In this document: positions 59,823 to 64,000 of the stretch, piece by piece
How the letters are laid out: each line of letters opens with the position of its first letter
Position numbering within the stretch: position 1 is the first letter of the stretch
Origin: a virus
DNA length: 64,000 nt
Virus record (IMG/VR): IMGVR_UViG_3300047372_000605
Location: 28,959 to 92,958 of that record
Reading direction: 5' to 3' (one strand)
Position numbers and translations under genes: made by a program
The notes under the pieces: generated by a model
What the model was told of the DNA's origin: nothing
The model's input: the letters and a program-made list of their open reading frames with translations, nothing else
The model's database searches: none

Positions 59823-60632
59823 ATGTTAAAAGTAGAAAATAAAGTTAAAAGAGGTCGTCCAAGTAAAAAGCAAGTTATAGGTAATGCTACAGTTACTAAA
59901 TGGAAGCCTGAATTAGTAAAAATGGATAATTTATCATTCGATAAAGATTTATTCGTTCCAATGCCAACTGGTAAAAAAGTAGATGCTTTGCTTTCAAGCG
60001 AAGGTGGATTAATGAAAGGTACAAATTTTGCATTTGTAGGTGATCCAGGAGTTGGTAAATCAACAGTTATGTTAGATATATTAGCTGATTTGCAAGCTAA
60101 AGGTCAAAAATGTTTATTCATTTCTGGTGAGATGACAAGTATTGATATGTTTGGATATGTTAAAAGATTTCCAAAGTTTGGTCAATTAGATATTTTATTT
60201 ATGGGTGATTATATTGAAAAAGATCCTATAATAGTATTAAAAAGCGTATTAGCTCAAGGTTTTGATGTTGTACTAATAGATAGTATGGCTGAAGTTTGTA
60301 CTAACATTGTAGATTTTCATGGTGGTACTTTCAAGAATGCTGAGAGCCAAGTATTAAATTTACTTGAAAAGCATAACAAAGCTGAGAATATAGCTAAAAA
60401 GAATACAACGTTTTTAATAATACAACAAGTTACCAAAGGTGGTGAATTTGCAGGTTCAAACAGATTCAAGCATATGCTTACTGGAATGGGTCATTTAAAA
60501 TTCACTGATGGTAGTAGAGTATTATTTTTCAGCAAAAACCGAAGAGGTGGTAAAATGGATAAATTGCATTTTAGCCTTGATCAGAGTAATCACGTTGGGT
60601 GGTTATTTACTGAAGCAATGAATGCTGAATAA
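59823..60632 (+). CDS. RadA/Sms-like RecA-fold ATPase
   Basis: GDPGVGKST, ISGE, LIDS, QVTKGG.FAG...KHM, KNRRG. Confidence 0.8.
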   Translation: MLKVENKVKRGRPSKKQVIGNATVTKWKPELVKMDNLSFDKDLFVPMPTGKKVDALLSSEGGLMKGTNFAFVGDPGVGKSTVMLDILADLQAKGQKCLFISGEMTSIDMFGYVKRFPKFGQLDILFMGDYIEKDPIIVLKSVLAQGFDVVLIDSMAEVCTNIVDFHGGTFKNAESQVLNLLEKHNKAENIAKKNTTFLIIQQVTKGGEFAGSNRFKHMLTGMGHLKFTDGSRVLFFSKNRRGGKMDKLHFSLDQSNHVGWLFTEAMNAE

Positions 60633-60656
60633 AGGTTTAACTACAACATAACCAAT

Positions 60657-60691
60657 CCTCAAGATTCTAGCCCGAAAGGGCTCTTGGGGGC
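60657..60691 (+). terminator. GAAA-tetraloop hairpin element, copy 2
   Basis: CCTCAAG-attct-AGCCC-GAAA-GGGCT-CTTGGGG. Confidence 0.6.
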
Positions 60692-60714
60692 TGTAAAAAA
60701 CAATTGTCAAAATA

Positions 60715-60744
60715 TTTGGCTACCACAGATAGGGTTCGTATATT
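60715..60744 (+). promoter_or_regulatory. TTG-N20-TATATT promoter
   Basis: TTTGGCTACCACAGATAGGGTTCGTATATT; leader identical to that after 59477. Confidence 0.82.
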
Positions 60745-60772
60745 CACATCGTAAGTTAAAAAAATAAAGGTT

Positions 60773-61129
60773 ATGAATAAAAAAGATAAAAATATAGTAG
60801 TTAGAGAAAAATTAATGACACAAAAAGATGTTGTTTTCACTTGTGGTATTAAAGATGTTTTAGGTAGAATCCAGGAATATAAAGTTCATGGTCATGAAGT
60901 GACAGATGAAATGAGTTATTGTATTGTAGAAAATGATAATTTGTTTGGTAAATCAATGAATGTTCAAAAGTTTGGTCCTACTTGTGTTACACTTTATACA
61001 TTTGATATGTTAAATAATAAAACGACTGGTAAAATTAAATATGAAGATATTAAATTTGTAGAACCAAAAGTTGAAGAATCAAATTCATTAAAAAAATTAC
61101 CTGGTTTTTTAGGTACTGAAAAAGGTTAA
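60773..61129 (+). CDS. Hypothetical protein
   Basis: 118-aa ORF. Confidence 0.6.
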   Translation: MNKKDKNIVVREKLMTQKDVVFTCGIKDVLGRIQEYKVHGHEVTDEMSYCIVENDNLFGKSMNVQKFGPTCVTLYTFDMLNNKTTGKIKYEDIKFVEPKVEESNSLKKLPGFLGTEKG

Positions 61130-61133
61130 AATT

Positions 61134-61349
61134 ATGGAAAAATTAGAAATATTAACTCCAGAAATAGTAGATCAGAGCTATAAAAATGCTCTGGGTCTAC
61201 TTTTAGGTAATTTAAGTTTTGAAGACTTAGAAGAAAAAGGTGAATTTTATTTACCTTCAGATTATGATGATCCCAAAATTATATTAGAGTATTTTGAGGA
61301 CATTGAAGATTATGAAACGTGTATTTTAATCAGAGATAATAAGTTATGA
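61134..61349 (+). CDS. Hypothetical protein with UVR-like motif
   Basis: YFEDIEDYETCILIRD. Confidence 0.55.
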   Translation: MEKLEILTPEIVDQSYKNALGLLLGNLSFEDLEEKGEFYLPSDYDDPKIILEYFEDIEDYETCILIRDNKL

Positions 61350-61570
61350 TAAGAGAAAAACAACCCCATACAGGCCCAATAATAATAGATTTAACAGGTC
61401 CAGATGGTAACGCTTTTGCATTAATGGGATATGCAAAGCGATTTGCAAAGCAATTAGGGTGGAAAGATAATGGTTCTGCTCTTATAAATGAAATGATGGA
61501 AGGCGATTATGAGCATTTATTAGAAGTGTTTGATAACGCATTTGGTGAATTTGTAATATTAGAAAGATGA
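61346..61570 (+). CDS. Hypothetical phage protein
   Basis: IDLTGPDGNAFALMG...EMMEGDYEHLL. Confidence 0.65.
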   Translation: MIREKQPHTGPIIIDLTGPDGNAFALMGYAKRFAKQLGWKDNGSALINEMMEGDYEHLLEVFDNAFGEFVILER

Positions 61571-61699
61571 AAAGTAAAGAAGAAATAATGCTACTTTGGA
61601 TAGTATTGGGTTTAATAGTAATACCTTTAGTAATACTTTATCCTTTAATCCTTGTATTTGGAATATTTATGTACGCAGCAATCAGCTTATATAAACACT

Positions 61700-61915
61700 A
61701 TGCCAATGGATGAAATAATTAGAGACAATCAAGGTAATAAAATTACTACAGGTGATCGTGTTAATTTTTATTGTAAAAATGATAACATAATGAAAGAGGG
61801 TTTAATTACTAAAATGACAGGAGGTACATTTGGTATTAAATGTGATAGGTATGTTATGCTTTATAAGTATAAAGAAGTAGATAAACATATTATATCAAAA
61901 ATAAATAAAAAATAA
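61700..61915 (+). CDS. Small KOW/SH3-like hypothetical protein
   Basis: DNQGNKITTGDRV. Confidence 0.45.
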   Translation: MPMDEIIRDNQGNKITTGDRVNFYCKNDNIMKEGLITKMTGGTFGIKCDRYVMLYKYKEVDKHIISKINKK

Positions 61916-61945
61916 CGTGAGAGGTTATAAAAAAGTTCGTATATT
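61916..61945 (+). promoter_or_regulatory. Promoter variant (GTG-N20-TATATT)
   Basis: CGTGA...TTCGTATATT. Confidence 0.6.
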
Positions 61946-62282
61946 AAATCAAAAAAACAAATGAAAGAGTTTATTTATCATGCATTAGGGATTTGTGGTG
62001 AGCATTCGCATCCACATTTATTAAACATAGGTTATATTGCATTAGCTATGTTTTTAGTATATTTAGTAGTTAATAAAAAAATAAAATCAAATGGGTAGTA
62101 ATAGTATAAGATTAACAGTTGCAACAATGTCTAATTGGAGAAGTGATTTGAAACATATTAAGGAAGCAAAGGCGAAGCAAGATGAGTGGAAGAGGAGAAA
62201 GCAAAAGCGCAACAATATAGAGAAGCAAAATTCAAAAGGCTCTTTTAACAATAATAAATATTAACCTACATATATACAGAAC

Positions 62283-62684
62283 ATGGAATTGGATTATAAG
62301 AAAATAGTGTTGGAGTATTTGAATACTTCTATGGAACATGATGATTTTACTAAAGCCGAGTTTAAAGTATATTCAGAAACTACTGCCGATGGGTATGAGG
62401 TGTATGTTGCTACTTTGGATGATAGGAATCCTTCTATAAATGAGGATGTGTATTATTATGATTCCGATTTGGCAGAGACAGTAATGGATGCTTTGGAGGA
62501 TCATTATTCGGTTTATATTGATTCATATTTGTATGATGATATCTATTTGAATGATACATTTGAGGAGTATTTTAACGAGCATGTGGAGGATATTGTTTCA
62601 GATAGTCCAGATTCATTTACTAAAGAGGAATTAGCATTTGTTAAATCAGAATATTTAGATGAGGAAGAAGCAGCAGCAGAGTAA
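62283..62684 (+). CDS. Highly acidic hypothetical protein
   Basis: D/E/Y-rich, 133 aa. Confidence 0.6.
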   Translation: MELDYKKIVLEYLNTSMEHDDFTKAEFKVYSETTADGYEVYVATLDDRNPSINEDVYYYDSDLAETVMDALEDHYSVYIDSYLYDDIYLNDTFEEYFNEHVEDIVSDSPDSFTKEELAFVKSEYLDEEEAAAE

Positions 62685-62762
62685 TTGGTGGGCATTTTGG
62701 GATAATGTTAATATGCCCTTGTTAAAAAAAATTAGACGTGTTAAACGTGAAAAACCTAGTGT

Positions 62763-63182
62763 ATGGGATCTCAAGTGATGGAAATAATAGTATGGGTGCT
62801 TTCAATTGTTATTGTTAGTACTTTTTTAGGGATGGTATTTCAAGTGTTGAGAGGTATGTTTGATGGTTATATGGATAGGTGGGAAGAAAAGTATTTGGTA
62901 AATAAGAAAGCCGAGTATTTGGAGGATGAAAATATTTTGAGTGTTAATGATCCATTACCAGATGAATATGATGAAGATGATGAAGGTGAAATAGATGATG
63001 AAGATGATCCATTTAATGATCCAGATGTATTGGATTTTTTAGAACGTGCAGATGAACAAGGTCCTTGGGATGAGCAATATGATAAGTCTTATACTGTTGG
63101 GGGTTTATCAGCTGATAAAGATAAAAGTTTTATGGAGTTTCAAAAGAAAATGGACGAGCGAGATAAAGAAAATAAAAAATAA
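62763..63182 (+). CDS. TM + acidic tail protein
   Basis: N-terminal TM helix, D/E-rich tail. Confidence 0.55.
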   Translation: MGSQVMEIIVWVLSIVIVSTFLGMVFQVLRGMFDGYMDRWEEKYLVNKKAEYLEDENILSVNDPLPDEYDEDDEGEIDDEDDPFNDPDVLDFLERADEQGPWDEQYDKSYTVGGLSADKDKSFMEFQKKMDERDKENKK

Positions 63183-63375
63183 GATATTTATTATTGTATG
63201 AATTTTTTTATAAAACATAAAAAACGTAAACACATAGCATATGTTGAAAAACGTGTTGTACAATTACGTAAACAAATTGCAGATCAAGCAGTGCAGTTTG
63301 GATATATTGATCAAATGGCTCGAACTCAGTTCTTAAAATATAATGAGTATTTAAAAAAATTAATCAGTTAAAATT

Positions 63376-63636
63376 ATGAAAACAAATAATATACTAATGA
63401 TATTAATTATACTTTCGTTTACTGGCGCTGTGTGGTTAATAAATGAAAATCATACTTTAAAACATAGGGAAATTGATATGTTGGATAGGTGGTTTCATAT
63501 GGAGGAAGACCTGAGTGATATGCAAGTGGAGATATTCGATATGAAAACTCAGATGAATAGAATTGAATCATTAATTGATGAGATGGCAATTGATTATTCT
63601 GATACTAATTCTGCTAATACTGTAAATTATAATTAA
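63376..63636 (+). CDS. TM + coiled-coil protein
   Basis: N-terminal TM helix. Confidence 0.55.
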   Translation: MKTNNILMILIILSFTGAVWLINENHTLKHREIDMLDRWFHMEEDLSDMQVEIFDMKTQMNRIESLIDEMAIDYSDTNSANTVNYN

Positions 63637-63637
63637 T

Positions 63638-63898
63638 ATGAAAGGAAGATTTATATCATTAATAATAATATTGTCTATGCTTATTATGACTTGGCAATTT
63701 GGGAAAAGTAGAGCGTTAAATCAATTATTAAATGAGTGTAAGGATAAGGATGCTACTCATATTGATTTGATATTTGATTTGGAGCAGGAAAATGCTAAAT
63801 TAAATGATTATATTATTAGTATTGAGGAGGAAAACGCTATATTAAGCTCATGTTGTGCTAATGGTGGTTTACAACCTGATACTGTTATTTTAAATTAA
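63638..63898 (+). CDS. TM + coiled-coil protein
   Basis: N-terminal TM helix. Confidence 0.55.
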   Translation: MKGRFISLIIILSMLIMTWQFGKSRALNQLLNECKDKDATHIDLIFDLEQENAKLNDYIISIEEENAILSSCCANGGLQPDTVILN

Positions 63899-64000
63899 AA
63901 GTTATGGAATGGTTTTATGTTTTTTCTAGGGACCAAAGTAATGATCAGATTGATTTACAAAGATTTGAAACATTGGATGAGGCTAATATCTATAAGACTA

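Noticed and set aside
40212-60775. Repeated ~30-45-bp intergenic units as a CRISPR array or integron attC sites
   Set aside because: The intervening sequences are whole genes of variable length, the repeats have promoter architecture, and there is no cas operon or integrase

Overview
A 64-kb, very AT-rich segment with essentially all genes on the + strand, from a large lytic dsDNA phage with a T4-like replisome. The host is most likely a Bacteroidota (Flavobacteriia-type) bacterium, supported by about 19 TTG-N20-TATATT promoters resembling the Bacteroidota -33/-7 promoter, A-rich translation starts lacking a Shine-Dalgarno sequence, and a T9SS sorting-domain protein. Gene order: class I RNR (nrdB, nrdA); tail fibre with S74 chaperone, LamG protein and GT9; holin-like gene and endolysin; a 7-deazaguanine cluster (TGT/DpdA-like, queC, queD, three tRNAs, queE, PRTase, folE, MazG-like) running into a split family-B DNA polymerase and sliding clamp; Hsp20, GroES, GroEL; clamp loader; Cas4-like nuclease; an 11-kb glycan island with NeuB, NeuA and a GT29 sialyltransferase; PhoH; a putative protease-processed head polyprotein; a T9SS-cargo/outer-membrane cassette; and a long region of small, probably early genes built from repeated promoter/leader units. 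The most notable candidates are the complete phage sialylation module, the T9SS-cargo + beta-barrel cassette, single genes bracketed by long-range inverted repeats, a ~125-nt tRNA-like RNA with an expanded anticodon domain, and a possible pre-replicative 7-deazaguanine DNA pathway. All calls come from motif recognition by eye; no database searches were run.
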